In this document: piece after piece, positions 12,032-44,222 of the stretch
Layout: each line of letters opens with the position of its first letter
Position numbering within the stretch: position 1 is the first letter of the stretch
Origin: Macrostomum lignano
Lineage: Eukaryota
Direction: 5' to 3'
Length of the DNA: 51,603 bases
Assembly: GCA_002269645.1 (NCBI GenBank)
Contig: NIVC01004290.1
Location: 1 to 51,603, forward strand
Notes under the pieces: generated by a model
What the model was told of the DNA's origin: nothing
The model's input: the letters and a program-made list of their open reading frames with translations, nothing else
The model's database searches: none
Program-made: the position numbers and the translations under genes

Positions 12032-13073
12032 ATGGGAGACCTCGACAGCCAGAGTAAGTGGTTGAAGTTGGCCTTCTTCTTCACAGTCATCGGGTTCTGC
12101 CTGCTGCTGTTCACTTCGTTTGGCTGGGGCAGCGCCGGCGGCCAGGCCACGGCTGTGCTGGCCTTCTTTTTCTACACTGGCGCCATCGTGCTCATCACGG
12201 CCTACATCTTTGTGGACGAGGCCAACAATAAGATTGTTCTAATTGTGTTCGCCGTGGCCGCTATTCTGGCTGGTAAGATGATTGATTTGTACCTTTACTT
12301 GCATGTACATCCATGTACATTACTGCTATTGAATTGACAGCCAAAGTGAGCTTACCGACAAGGCATCGGTGATCAATGCAGCGTCTCCAAGAGTTTATCC
12401 AACCGATGATTAGAATATATACTACTCAGGATGATCATGGTGCTGGCGCCTCAGGTGCTGTCGCCACTGGTGCTAAAGCCCCTTGGTTCTAAAGCCCCCT
12501 GGTGCTAACGCCCCTGGTGCTAACGCCCCCTGATGCTAACGCCCCTTGTGCTAAAGCCCCTGGTGCTAAAGCCCCTGGTGCTAAAGCCCCCTGGTGCTAT
12601 GCTAAATCCCACCGATGAAAGATCCTGACCATTGCCCCCCATGCTACGACCAGTAGTTGTACTTTTGCATGCTTGTGGTGGGCTGTTGCTGAATGTATAT
12701 TTAGCTATTTAATTAGCTGGCGGATTTTTAATTAAAAGCAGATAGGTTAAAAAGGGATTAATAGCTGTTGTAAACACTGCGATACTCGCTGCTTCTCCAC
12801 TAAAGCATCGCATGAGTAATTGGAAATCCTACCCAGAGGTGATCTGAGAAGTCAACTCTGACAAGCTAAATCTACTTAAGTCGGATTTTTGGTGTTGCAG
12901 AGATTCGAGTCCAGCTCGCACTTCTCTCCCTCCCCCTCCGCAATGCAGGCATCCTTGTCCTCGTCCAGATCTTCGCCAGCAGGGCGCCCTACAACAGCAC
13001 CAAGGGCTTCCTGTCCGGGTGCTCGGGCATCGCAGCCGGAGTCATGGCCGTCCTCTCCCTGGTCATGGGCTGA
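12032..13073 (+). CDS. 121-aa four-TM protein, claudin/PMP22-like topology; exons 12032-12272 and 12949-13073
   Basis: ATG at 12032, donor G|GTAAG at 12273, pyrimidine-rich acceptor ...CAATGCAG|GC at 12948. In-phase join gives MGDLDSQSKWLKLAFFFTVIGFCLLLFTSFGWGSAGGQATAVLAFFFYTGAIVLITAYIFVDEANNKIVLIVFAVAAILAGILVLVQIFASRAPYNSTKGFLSGCSGIAAGVMAVLSLVMG*, with four hydrophobic segments. Confidence 0.8.
12468..12600. repeat. About 15-bp short tandem repeat (GGTGCTAAAGCCCCT) in the tetraspan intron
   Basis: About 8 degenerate tandem units. Confidence 0.8.
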
Positions 13074-13928
13074 GTGAGGAGGCCAGTTGCTAGGCACGAG
13101 AGACTGACTGTGAACTGCTCTATGAGCTGCTGGATTTGAGTCTTCTTATATTTTCTTATTTATCATCTGTAATTTATTAGAAATGTGATAAAAATCCGAC
13201 TTCTTCAAAAAGTTATTTCTTCATAATATTCTACCTACAGCTATTCTTGAATACTGAGGTGTCACAATCATAGCCATTCAGGTGACAGCTTACAAATATT
13301 TAATAGCATTCAATAGTAATTTCCTACACAAGTATCAGAACACCTTAACTACTAAACCTTCTATTCAGTGTTTATAGCATTAAACCCAAGTAATTGTTGA
13401 GAATTTGAAACTGTGGTTTTAATACGAGCTATTCGAATTCGGATATTTGTCCATAGCAACCTTGAGTATTTCTGAATGTACTTATAAAAACATTCAAATA
13501 TACACCCTGAGCATTCGTCAGCTAGACTGAATTTTTCTCTGCTTACGAGAAGATGAAAACACTCACTTAAAAATCGTTCACTACATGCAATATTTTACAG
13601 GATAATTTGTTTGACCAAAGGTCATAGATATTGATTATTTGGCTATGTACATTTCAGCTTTTATTTCAGTGTACATTCTTTATTGTAGCTTCGCATCGAT
13701 TGGTCAGGATTCCGCCACCAAGAGAGATACGAGCGTAGAGGGCAGAGAAGACAGGGAGTGAAAAAAGTGGCTCAGCTTATGTACATTAAACTTCGTCCCT
13801 CAATGTACATAGATGGCTGAGAGGCGGCTCTCATTAAAAAATCAATAAAATACTTGTCTGTGCAGAAACAATACAGTTACTTGCGTAAATATTTTCTACA
13901 CATATCAGGACAAATTATAAATTAGAAA

Positions 13929-14534
13929 ATGAATTTCCCAACGGTGGTGGTGCTGCTGCTGCTTCCGCAACTACTCGTAGTAGGCAGCCAGTCCACGCCG
14001 CCGTCTGCCAAAGCGTGCCGATGGAATTTGGCGTCCTGCCAAACTGCCTGCGGTTCTGTTCGCCCGGCCGTGCTGGTGCAGGCGGGCGCTGCGGCTGCCA
14101 GCTGTCCCGAATGCATGTGCAGCAGCAGCAGCAGCAGCAGCAGCAGTGTTAGAGACAAAGACTCCAACAGTGCGCTGCCAGGCGCAGTCGCTGACGCTGA
14201 TGTGTCCAAGTTGAGTCAACTAGCCAGCGACCTGAGCAGCGTACTCAACGCTTTGGCCGACCGGCTGCTGACTGCTCAGCCGACTGCGACAACCGCGGCA
14301 GCTGCAACAACTACCGCGCCTGCGTCTCCTCGCTGCCAGTGGCTCCGCGGTTGCGGCCTGTCGTGTCGGGAATTCGGCTACTGAATGGAGTCCGGGGACG
14401 GCTGCCCGCTGTGTCAATGCCGCGGCTCGGCCAGGGAGGCCTGCGACTGTCGATGCAGGCGGCGCGTCAGCCAGGCTGCCGAGGCCGCGGAGATGGCCTG
14501 CGCCTGCGACTGCGTGCAAGAGGACGGCGCCACG
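13929..14534 (+). CDS. Secreted Cys-rich protein with antistasin-like modules, exon 1; in-frame TGA at 14382-14384
   Basis: Signal-peptide-like start MNFPTVVVLLLLPQLLVVGSQS. Two six-Cys modules ending CPxCxC; the second is C-x5-C-x3-C-x3-GY...DGCPLCQC. The frame continues unchanged after the TGA up to a donor ACG|GTTAGA at 14535. Confidence 0.65.
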
Positions 14535-14589
14535 GTTAGAGAGACTTCGCGCTTCCAGCTGAACAGTGGCGGAGCCTGACAGTGTGGAG

Positions 14590-14886
14590 GGCTCTGACAG
14601 TTGTAGGGTCTGACAGTTGTAGGGTCTGACAGTTGTAGGGTCTGACAGTTTTAGGGTCTGACAGTTGTAGGGTCTGACAGTTGTAGGGTCTGACAGTTTT
14701 AGGGTCTGACAGTTTTAGGGTCTGACAGTTGTAGGGTCTAAGAGTTGTAGGGTCTGACAGTTGTAGGGTCTGACAGTTGTAGGGTCTGACAGTTGTAGAG
14801 TCTGACAGTTGTAGGGTCTGACAGTTGTAGAGTCTAAGAGTTATAGGGTCTGACAGTTGTAGGGTTTGACAGTTGTAGGGTCTTGA
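14590..14886. repeat. 16-bp minisatellite (TAGGGTCTGACAGTTG), about 18 copies
   Basis: CTGACAG at 14594 and 14610 (period 16). Confidence 0.95.
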
Positions 14887-15162
14887 CAATATTGCAGTTC
14901 TTATTCAAAATAAATCAACTAATCTTGACAACAAACACAACGGTAGAATGTTGTGCTATTTTTCATTGTTTGTAACATTTCTTTAAATACTTTTGTTGCA
15001 TTATTGATAATTTCTGCTCTTCGGCATCTAGTTTGTTGACTGTGTGTTCTAATATTGAGATATACGTATTTCAACGTACTTGAAGGTAGGAAACTTTAGA
15101 TTTTGTTCAAGACTACTTCTAGCAGAGTGTTAAGCACATGTTTTGTTATCTAGAACTTGAGA

Positions 15163-15385
<223 letters not shown>

Positions 15386-15586
15386 TAGTCACGTGACTGT
15401 TTTTCCACAGGCAAAAATGAAAGGCAATTTAAAAATTTCCTTCTTTGTCACGCCCGGCCCAAACCAGCCAAATATTTTAAATTGACTTCTTGTTTTCAAT
15501 AATTTGCCCTCCCAAGTGTTTATCAATTTTCAGAATTAATTAAAAACAGCAAAAAAACTCTATCAATTTTTTTTGCTTCATTATAG

Positions 15587-15676
15587 GGTAGATCTCGAGC
15601 CGAACTTGCTAATGACGGCAGGGGAGACTTGCCAGCTCTCATCACATTACTTTTCAGTGAATCAGCAGCCTCCTGA
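15587..15676 (+). CDS. Candidate terminal exon of the antistasin-like gene (GRSRAELANDGRGDLPALITLLFSESAAS*)
   Basis: T-rich acceptor TTTTGCTTCATTATAG|G in phase 0, matching the 14535 donor; open for 29 codons to TGA. No homology support. Confidence 0.35.
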   Translation, partial: GRSRAELANDGRGDLPALITLLFSESAAS

Positions 15677-16228
15677 GTCCACGGGCACGATTCTCTTTTT
15701 ATGCTAGCATTCTCCGAGAGGTTTTTGACGGAATTTTTAAATCATTTGCATCGTTGATTTATTGCCCCATCCAGCATCTGCGCGACATCGCCTCGCTGTC
15801 AAATCGCTCACGCATGCTCAATGGTAACTTGATTAATGCGGCTCCCAACTGACAGTCCGGATTTCCCACAGATTAGTGTAGTCAGTGTAGAACAGGGAAA
15901 AGTACAGTTCGCGTGTGCAGCCGGCGTGTTTTGCAAGTCAAGTCGAGCCTCGGCTGCGAATTTGTTCAAATTAGGCGTTTCGGCGATGGAGAATTAAATT
16001 TGTCTCAAGTTAAGACAAGGCCCTAAATTAATGGGCTCAGCCTGCTCCAAGGACAGGCAACAGCGGCAGTCTGTGCTGTAAACAAACGAACTGCATAGAT
16101 CTGCACCTCTTGCATTGGTAATCAGAGCAGTCGGCTCCCATTGGCTGAGAGAAGAAGACTCCTGCCGTTTCCATCCCGTCTATATCCCAGCGCCTCTGCC
16201 TTGCACGGTTGATCGCTGCCGCGCCGCC

Positions 16229-16423
16229 ATGTCCACCTCCAGCCAGCAGCGAAGGCACCATCGAATTCGGTCCGTCACCAACGGCTGCCTCCCGGAGCCG
16301 GTCACGGCTGCCAACACAGTTGGCGGAGTTCAGCAGCTGCAGCTGCCGACTGCCGGGCCGAGGCTGCGCAGTCACCGACCGTTGCTGCCCGAGGCGCCCT
16401 CCAGGCCAAGGAGCTTCACAATG
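16229..16423 (+). CDS. Candidate first coding exon (MSTSSQQRRHHRIRSVTNG...RPRSFTM), possibly a distal MAST exon
   Basis: GCCGCCATG context, GC-rich coding-like composition, donor ATG|GTGCGT in phase 0 immediately followed by an intronic minisatellite. Phase is compatible with CAG|TTG at 20229. Confidence 0.45.
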
Positions 16424-16451
16424 GTGCGTTCTCTCAATGTTGGAGATTCCT

Positions 16452-18050
16452 ACATGATCCCTATATCAATCAGGGAGGGTCTGATCCCTACATCAATCAG
16501 AGAGGTCTGATCCCTACATCAATCAGGGGATCTGATCCCTACATCAATCAGAAGTGGTCTGATCCCTACATCAATCAGAAGTGGTCTGATCCCTACATCA
16601 ATCAGAAGTGGTCTGATCCCTATATCAATCAGAGAGGTCTGATCCCTACATCAATCAGGGGATCTGATCCCTACATCAATCAGAAGTGGTCTGATCCCTA
16701 CATCAATCAGAAGTGGTCTGATCCCTATATCAATCAGAGAGGGTCTGATCCCTACATCAATCAGAGAGGGTCTGATCCCTACACCAATCAGGGAGGGTCT
16801 GATCCCTACATCAATCAGAGAGGGTCTGATCCCTGCATCAATCAGAGAGGGTCTGATCCCTACATCAATCAGAGAGGGTCTGATCCCTACACCAATCAGG
16901 GAGGGTCTGATCCCTACATCAATCAGAGAGGGTCTGATCCCTACACCAATCAGGGAGGGTCTGATCCCTACATCAATCAGAGAGGGTCTGATCCCTGCAT
17001 CAATCAGAGAGGGTCTGATCCCTACATCAATCAGAGAGGATCTTATCCCTACATCAATCAGAGAGGGTCTGATCCCTACATCAATCAGGGGATCTGATCC
17101 CTATATCAATCAGAGAGGGTCTGATCCCTACATCAATCAGAGAGGATCTTATCCCTACATCAATCAGAGAGGGTCTGATCCCTACATCAATCAGGGGATC
17201 TGATCCCTATATCAATCAGAGAGGGTCTGATCCCTATATCAATCAGAGAGGGTCTGATCCCTACATCAATCAGAGAGGGTCTGATCCCTACATCAATCAG
17301 GGGATCTGATCCCTATATCAATCAGAGAGGGTCTGATCCCTACATCAATCAGGGGATCTGATCCCTATATCAATCAGAGAGGGTCTGATCCCTACATCAA
17401 TCAGGGGATCTGATCCCTATATCAATCAGAGAGGGTCTGATCCCTACACCAATCAGGGAGGGTCTGATCCCTACATCAATCAGAGAGGGTCTGATCCCTA
17501 CACCAATCAGGGAGGGTCTGATCCCTACATCAATCAGAGAGGGTCTGATCCCTGCATCAATCAGAGAGGGTCTGATCCCTACATCAATCAGAGAGGATCT
17601 TATCCCTACATCAATCAGAGAGGGTCTGATCCCTACATCAATCAGGGGATCTGATCCCTATATCAATCAGAGAGGGTCTGATCCCTACATCAATCAGAGA
17701 GGATCTTATCCCTACATCAATCAGAGAGGGTCTGATCCTACATCAATCAGGGGATCTGATCCCTATATCAATCAGAGAGGGTCTGATCCCTATATCAATC
17801 AGAGAGGGTCTGATCCCTACATCAATCAGAGAGGGTCTGATCCCTACATCAATCAGGGGATCTGATCCCTATATCAATCAGAGAGGGTCTGATCCCTACA
17901 TCAATCAGGGGATCTGATCCCTACATCAATCAGGGGATCTGATCCCCATATCAATCAGAGAGGGTCTGATCCCTACATCAATCAGGGGATCTGATCCCTA
18001 CATCAATCAGGGGATCTGATCCCCATATCAATCAGAGAGGGTCTGATCTC
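16452..18050. repeat. 25-27-bp minisatellite (GATCCCTACATCAATCAGAGAGGGTCT), about 60 copies
   Basis: Tandem units with recurring length variants and higher-order blocks. Confidence 0.97.
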
Positions 18051-18683
18051 TACGTGATTTGATCAGCCCCATGCTGATTTGACCTGAACTGACCGGCAAC
18101 GCAGGAAAATACATAGTGTCCAACGAGGTTTTGCCATAGACAAACTCCGCCAAGAAAAATCCGCTTCGAAAAACTATTGACACAAAACCATTCATGCGAG
18201 ATCGTTATGCGAGAGTTAAAAAATTTAAATAAAAAAATACAAGTCTGCAAATACTGTACTCGTATTAGCCAGTAGCCTACTGTAAACAAAAGAACTTAAG
18301 CAATTCCTATTGTTTATTATTGTTCACAAAAGTCCACTTGCGCAGCATTCCACGTTCATTTTTTGGGTGCAGAGTTTTTGTAAGAGGCATTTTTGTCGCG
18401 TCACGTTTTTTTGGCTGGGAGGGAAAGTGCAACAGATAGCTTGAGCTAACAGCAGACAATGCCCACCGTTTACAAGTCAAAATTTGTTGTTGGGATGCCG
18501 GCCGACAGACAGACGCAGAGAGCCCCTGTCTGCGCCCAGGTGATTTATGAGCAGCTATCTGCGCAACTCTGTTGCCATGCGGACTGGGGGACTAAGCCAA
18601 GGACATCTGCTACGAGAATCTGGACTGCAAACTCTTTCCCCCAAGACCCCAATTGCTGCACTTGTGTAGTTTGTATGCGAAAG

Positions 18684-19405
<722 letters not shown>

Positions 19406-20228
19406 AAGCCTGAAATCGAGAGATTTGGTACTCCAGATCTTTGTTCATTCGGTCTCTTTGGCCAAGCGCTGTCCCCACGGGGAACAGGCGAAGCATGATT
19501 GAGTGCCCGACTTTGGAAATAGTGGGGGGGGGGACATATTCCTATTTTTACAGGCCTGTGTCGGCCAAAACACAATGCCCACAAGAAATGGTTTCTCTGT
19601 TTCCCGTCTGACAGAAAAGTATTTTTATCAAGCGGATTTCCTTTCCTTATCGCGCCAGTAGGTGCCTATTTAATATTCTGCAACACCTTTCAAAGCAGTA
19701 TTCGATCGCATTAATGCGAACTTTATCAGCTCGAAATAAATAAGATACCAAACTCGGAGCTCAAGTTCAAATGGGTCGCGCCATACGCTCAGGCAGTGCT
19801 CAAGACTTTAGGGACTGTATCGAAGGCAGAGAAGCGGACAGAAAAAGCAGAGCAGTGCACTGAGCGGCGCTGCACCTGGTTCTTGGCTGTAAATACAGAA
19901 TGCATATCAAGCAACTGCCTGCCACAACAGCCGGCCATTCATTCGGGTCAGAGGCGGTTGGGGTTGCAGCTAGAAAAAAACGTACAAAGCCAGAGAGGAG
20001 AGAGAGGAGAGAGAGAGCGCCAGGCTTATTAAGAAAAGCTTCAGTCCTGACCGAATCCAATTCGCTTGTGCAGTGCAGTGCGCTTTACTTTAGCAAGAGA
20101 ATAAACAAACATTATACCTAGCTGTATACATATTATTCGCACATACAGCAATAGACATTATTTAAAACCGACCAACGCGGCCGCACTGCAGCATAGCTGG
20201 GAAATATGAGCCGATAGCGTACAGGCAG

Positions 20229-38466
<18,238 letters not shown>

Positions 38467-40659
38467 GCTCCAAACTCTAGTAGTATTTTATTGTTGCCTA
38501 GCAACGAACTGCACAAATTTAAATTTCTAAAAAATTCAGCTTTCAACTTACTGGAAAAGTGAAGCGACCCCGATTTATAATAGCAGAGTCCCGGTCTCAG
38601 CTCATGGACAATAAGAACAGGACGCTACACTCAAACTGTGCGAATTTCGCTATAGGCCGGTTCTCGCTGCAAGTTTTAAGTCCAGGAAGTTTTCTGTTTT
38701 ACAGCACAATATATCACCTTCTGGACTCTCAATAAATCATCTTACTGTTTATCGATGGACTTGTGAGTGCAGCTCGAACAAGACACAGGGTTTTCAATTC
38801 GATGTCCAGAAGGGAACATGTTTGGTAATTTAGTGCTAAGAATATGGAAAATTTTGCCAAGCTTTTTGCAACAAAAACCGGCCTTTGGCAAAACTGCTCT
38901 CCAGTTTGAGCACAAGCAGTGGTATTTTTGTATTAAAAGCTTAAAACGCGTGTGTATTTATTAAAAATATTTTTGTTTGCACTGCTATGGTGGATTTCAC
39001 CCAGTGATCTTCTATACCTGTACCTGCATCAAATATTTTGCGCCCCAAATTTTTTACCTGATTAATCTAGCCGCTAACATTCGTACATGTTATCGCCAGC
39101 TCCGGTTATCTCTTTTTCAATCACTTCAGTAAGCGCCGTCACACTGTAACAGTGCTTTGCTTCGCTTTTTGCATCCGCTTTTGCTTGAGAGCTTTTTGGA
39201 CTTTTGTTAGTCAAGCGGTTGAGGCCGGTCAGGGACCACTAGAAGGCAACTGTGGAATTTCGCATTCTCCCCGTGACATTCGAACTTACAATTCCCACAT
39301 TTCAAATCCTCGCACTGTACATCCTCACACTTCACATCCACAAATTTCACAATTCCCAAACTTCAGACAAGCAAATCCTCCATCTACGCCTGCACTGAAT
39401 CAAACGTCTTGGAGAGTGTGACATCCGGAGTTGTCAAAGTACCTCTGAAAGACAAATGATATATTTTAGTAGTCGTTGAGTTGCAGTCTGGGAAATCGAC
39501 TATTTGGGGTCCATGGCAGTAATTGCAACCGGTTCTTTTATTATACCCTGTCCGATATTCAATATTCAATGCTGTGAATTTGAAATTATCTACGAACTAT
39601 TACAAGAAATAATGTTTCATTGCTGTGCCGTAGTTGTGGCCGCACATGCATACGAGTACCCACGTGTAAAACTGCATCCCACATGCGGCACAATTAATTA
39701 TTAATTGCACTGCCAGTAACTGTAAATGCATTCATTGCCAGCGTATTCCATTTCATAATTCATCAAAAATTGTTTAGGAAAAAAATTTACTTCGGTTCTT
39801 AGAAACATTCATAAATACCGCGGTCGCAACTTTTTTTGAAAAATTCATTGCAGAGGTGGAGCTGTTTGTGTTTGTCTGATGGAGACAAATTCAGTGTTTA
39901 AAATTTTGCTATAATATGCCAGCCTCGCATAGAACTATTGGTACGTACTAGCTACTATTAGTATTCTTTTCATGTCCATTTTTTATTACAGCTAGATTCG
40001 TTGCATATGATACTTTTGTGATAGGGCATAGTTATTAGTGTCGCTTCAATAACTTTTTTGCCTGGATTTAATTATTTACACTACTTTTTGCTACACTACA
40101 TGTACACTACTGTTAGTAGGTCTAGTCCGGGAAAATGTCAGAAGTAGATTATTTAGAGGGCTTAACTTGTCTGTATGACGGGCTGAAACATTTGTCATTG
40201 ATAGTACGATGGGATGAAGGTAGGTCCCAGCAGACCGTGACCAGGAAGGAGCTTTGAAGCAACCAGGTTGAGCTGTATACACTCTGGTTGGCAACTCTTC
40301 AAGCTGAATCGCTTCACTGCATTGGTGACTGGTATAAAGGCACCGGTTGGGGATAGGGCCCAAGTCGCAGTGGCGACTAGGCTACAGGAACTAATACATC
40401 CCCATTAGCATAAAAGTCGTTTCCTATGGCTGGTGCACTTCTTACTTAAAGTAGTACTTCCAGAGAGAACACTTAAACTTGATTGAAATCTTGAGCCTGG
40501 TAGGTTTTGGGAACTTAGGAGCTCAGGAGTCTGACCTGTAGAACTAAGAAATCTAAAGGTAGCAGCGAACTGCCAATTACCAGTAGCTAATTTTCCAGAA
40601 ATTTATCAAGAAACGAAACGAAATGCGTAGCCAAAAGGGTATAGGGGTCATGACCTGCC

Positions 40660-40980
40660 TTCTCTCTCCTCTCCCTCTCCCCCTCCCTGTTTCCACTCTC
40701 CCACTCTCACCTTCCTCTTCCCACTCTCTCCCTCTCCCCTCCCTCTTCTCACTCTCCCCTCCCTCTTCCCAGTCTCTCCCCTCCCTCTTCCCAGTCTCTC
40801 CCCTCCCTCTTCCCAGTCTCTCCCCTCCCTCTTCCCAGTCTCTCCCCTCCCTCTTCCCACTCTCTCCCCTCACCCTCCTCCGACTCTCTCGCCTCACCCT
40901 CCTCCGACTCTCTCGCCTCTCCCCTTACCCTCCTCCGACTCTCTTGCCTCTCCCCTCCCACTTCCCACAATCCCCCTTCT
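40660..40980. repeat. Polypyrimidine/polypurine tract with about 22-bp units (CCCTCTTCCCAGTCTCTCCCCT)
   Basis: Strong C/T strand bias; source of ORFs 40577-41024. Confidence 0.9.
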
Positions 40981-41026
40981 CTAAAAAAGCAAACAAAGTC
41001 GTTTCATTCGTCAACTTCGTTTAAAG

Positions 41027-41233
41027 TAGCGGTTGGCAAGCTTATGGCTGCGGGCCAGATGAGAGAGAGGAAAGGATCGAGAATAGAGGAGAGAAGAGAT
41101 GAGAGAAGAGAGAGATGAGAAGAGACATAAAGCCTGATCGGACCTGATTGTGAAGTTTCAAAAGACCCGAGAACCGGATAGAGAGGCTTAGCTGGCCGTA
41201 TGTGGCCCGTAGGCCGGAGCTCGCCAACCGTCT
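41027..41233. mobile_element. Probable hAT-type MITE remnant of about 205 bp
   Basis: Imperfect TIRs TAGCGGTTGGCAAGCT ... AGCTCGCCAACCGTCT with subterminal GCGGGCCA / GGCCCGTAGGCC motifs typical of hAT MITEs; TSD is not clean. Confidence 0.45.
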
Positions 41234-41820
41234 TAAACAATAGAATAATTTTTTTGAAAATTCCAGCTGGGTTGGTGTGTGGGCGTAAAACCAATTGAAA
41301 ATAGCTAGCTAATCGTAAATTCAAGCGTGCGCGATGATTCGATTACTTTCGATAACGGCTATGAATTTTTCTGTAAAGCAGAGGAAAAATCAGGCGTCTG
41401 CTCTTATCGAACTATCAGAGCAATTATTGAAGCGTGAACCGGGCCTGATAAGCATTTGTTTAACAATCAACTTGAATTAAATTTTTATTATTCTCAGTCA
41501 GCCTCAACTGAAGTGACAGTCCAGTCAAGCGAAACTGGCTCAATTCACGCGTCGCTGAATGTACATTTTAGGTGGGGCGAATGTACATACTGGCCGACGC
41601 TCGGCAGTGGAGCGAGGGCTAGGGGGTGAAGGGGGTAAATAAAACGATTGGTAGAAATTATGAGACCAAAAAATCATTTTAACAAGCAGGCCTTTTAGCC
41701 AGTGTATATGCAAAATATTTTATAACAAGATCAGGCCGGCTTCAATACACAAGACACAAGACACAAGAAGAACTGTATAGATTGTTGTCAGTTTCTCTAG
41801 AAGCAATCCAGCAGCATTGT

Positions 41821-44222
41821 ATGGATGGTTTGATGAGCCTGCTGCTAGGTGGCGGCGGCGGCGCCAACAGCAGCGGCGATGCAGCCAGCGGCAGCGGCAG
41901 CGGCGGGGCAGCCACCGGCGAAGCCTCACCAATAGAGCAGCTGTGCCAGTTGAAGGCCTGGTCAATACCGGGGCTTATCGAAAATGCCACCGCTATGGAT
42001 CAATACGTCAAAGACTGCGTCAGGCAGAACGATCGAGTAGAGTTCAATAGCAGCACCAACTACACAGGCACTGACTTCGCCTACAACTATGACAGCGCCA
42101 AGGAGGCGGCGGTCATCGCAATTTATTGCTTCCTGTGCACCGGCTGCCTGCTGGGTGAGCGTCTGCCATTGTTCTGTCTGAACCCCCTGATCATACATAA
42201 CAATGAATCCGTCAGCTAGCGCGACACTTTACCCCTCAATCCGTCAGCTAGCGCCTCACTTTATCCCTTGATCCGTCAGCTAGCGCCTCACTTTATCCCT
42301 CAATCCGTCAGCTAGCGCCACCCCTTAACCCTTGATCCGTCAGCTAGCGCCACACTTTATCCCTCGATCTGTCAGCTAGCGCCACACTTTATCCCTCAAT
42401 CCGTCAGCTAGCGCCTCACCTTATCCATCAATCCTTCAGCTAGTGCCACACTTTATCCATCAATCCGTCAGCTAGCGCCACACTTTATCCCTCGATCCGT
42501 CAGCTAGCGCCACACTATCCCTCGATCCGTCAGCTAGCGCCACACTATCCCTCGATCCGTCAGCTAGCGCCTTACCTTATCCCTCAATCCGTCAGCTAGC
42601 GCCTCCCCTTACCCCTCAATCCGTCGGCTAGCGCCTCACCTTATCCCTCAATCCGTCAGCTAGCGCCACACTTTATCCCTCAATCCGTCAGCTGGCGCCA
42701 TCTGTTACCCCTCAATTTCCGCGATAGGCAACGTGACGGTGATCAGCGTGATCCTGGCCAACAAGACCATGCGCCGGTCTATCACCAACATTCTGATTAT
42801 CAACCTGGCCGTCGCGGACTTCGGCGTCGGCGTGTTCAGCGGCCTGCAAGCTTACTTGGAGAGCAGCCTTCAGGCTAGCAGCAGCGCCTACAGCAATGCA
42901 CCAGTGAGTGGTAACGAGAAATTGTTGGCGTGTACCAAACGAAATCAAGAGCTTTTGCCTGTGACTAAAACCGACAGTTCTGATCTGTTCTGACCTGAAA
43001 AATCTGGTAGTAATTTGCGATTGCGATCAAGATTCAAAATAAAGCACGGTATATTCTAATCTAGTCTACGAGCGTACATGTAGTTCTAAGATCTGTGGCG
43101 GAAATTCAAGGATACCTGTTACTAAATACCAGCGTTCCTCTTGTCGATTTGACAAGACTACAAGTGACAGGTGTGTTTTGACGAACCTGCTGAAGGCTCA
43201 TTCAGATCGCCAACAATTGAGCCATCAAAGCGCACGAAGTGACGTCGCTCTGTCACGTTAATCGCGCGAAACGCTACGCCGAAGCATCCCTTCTTCCCAC
43301 CCCGCAGTTGATGTGCAAATTCCAGCAGGTTCTCCAGGTGACCATACTGGCTGGCAGCGTCTGCATCCTGCTAATCATCAGCATCGACAGGTACATGGCC
43401 ATCCTGTACCCGCTGACCCAGCGGCAGAACCGCAAGAAGCGCTGGTACATTGTAGTCAGCATCTGCTGCTGGCTATTCGCCCTGTTCTTCGCCCTGCCGA
43501 ATTTGTACTTTTTCAACTACAGCAGCAGCTCGCGGATGTGCCAGGTGACCAGCCGGCTGAAGGATTTCTTCTTTATCTACTACTGCGTCAGCGTTGCTCT
43601 GCTCTACGCGATCCCGTTCGGCATCATGGCCTTCGCATACGGCCGGGTCAGCGCCCGACTGCTCAGCAGCATCAACCAGTTCGGCGTTGAGTTCTCTGGC
43701 GGCGGCGGCGGCGGCGGCGGCGGAGGCGGAGGAGGTCGAGGCCGCGGCCGCGGCGATGAGCCGACCACAACCATCGTGACTAGCGAGGCCACCTCCGAGG
43801 CTGCCGGTGGCGGCCAGGGCGGCGAGGAAGCCGCCGACGTGGCCGCAGCCAAGAAGCAGCTGGAGCTGCAGCAGGCCAAGGAGGGAAAACTGCCGCAGCC
43901 CACCGAGACTACGAAGATCAATCCGAAGAAGTCGGCCGCCAAGGCGCATAGCAACCCAGCCGAGGCCAGGAAGCGAACCGTGCAGATGTTCATCACCATT
44001 GTTGCCGTGTTCTTCCTCTGCAAGCTGCCCAAGACAATCTACGTGATCATCCTGTTCACCAATCCAGCCGCGGTGGCGCTGAACCCGTCTCTGGATGTCC
44101 TGGTGGTGGCAATCTACCTGCTGTACCTGCTGCCCAGCGCCACCAATCCGGCCATCTATTTTGTGTTCTCCCGGCAGTACAGGGCTGGCCTGGTGAACCT
44201 GCTGACCTGTCAGCTCGACTGA
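41821..44222 (+). CDS. Class A (rhodopsin-like) GPCR, neuropeptide-receptor type; exons 41821-42154, 42728-42903, 43308-44222
   Basis: N-glycosylation sequons in the N-terminus, TM1 GN split by a phase-1 intron, TM2 NLAVAD, C3.25, Q3.32, DRY, ECL2 Cys, TM5 YAIP, TM7 NPAIY; phase-consistent GT-AG joins. Confidence 0.92.
42207..42705. repeat. About 32-bp minisatellite (ATCCGTCAGCTAGCGCCACACTTTATCCCTCA), about 15 copies, filling GPCR intron 1
   Basis: Tandem units between the donor at 42155 and the acceptor at 42727. Confidence 0.93.
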
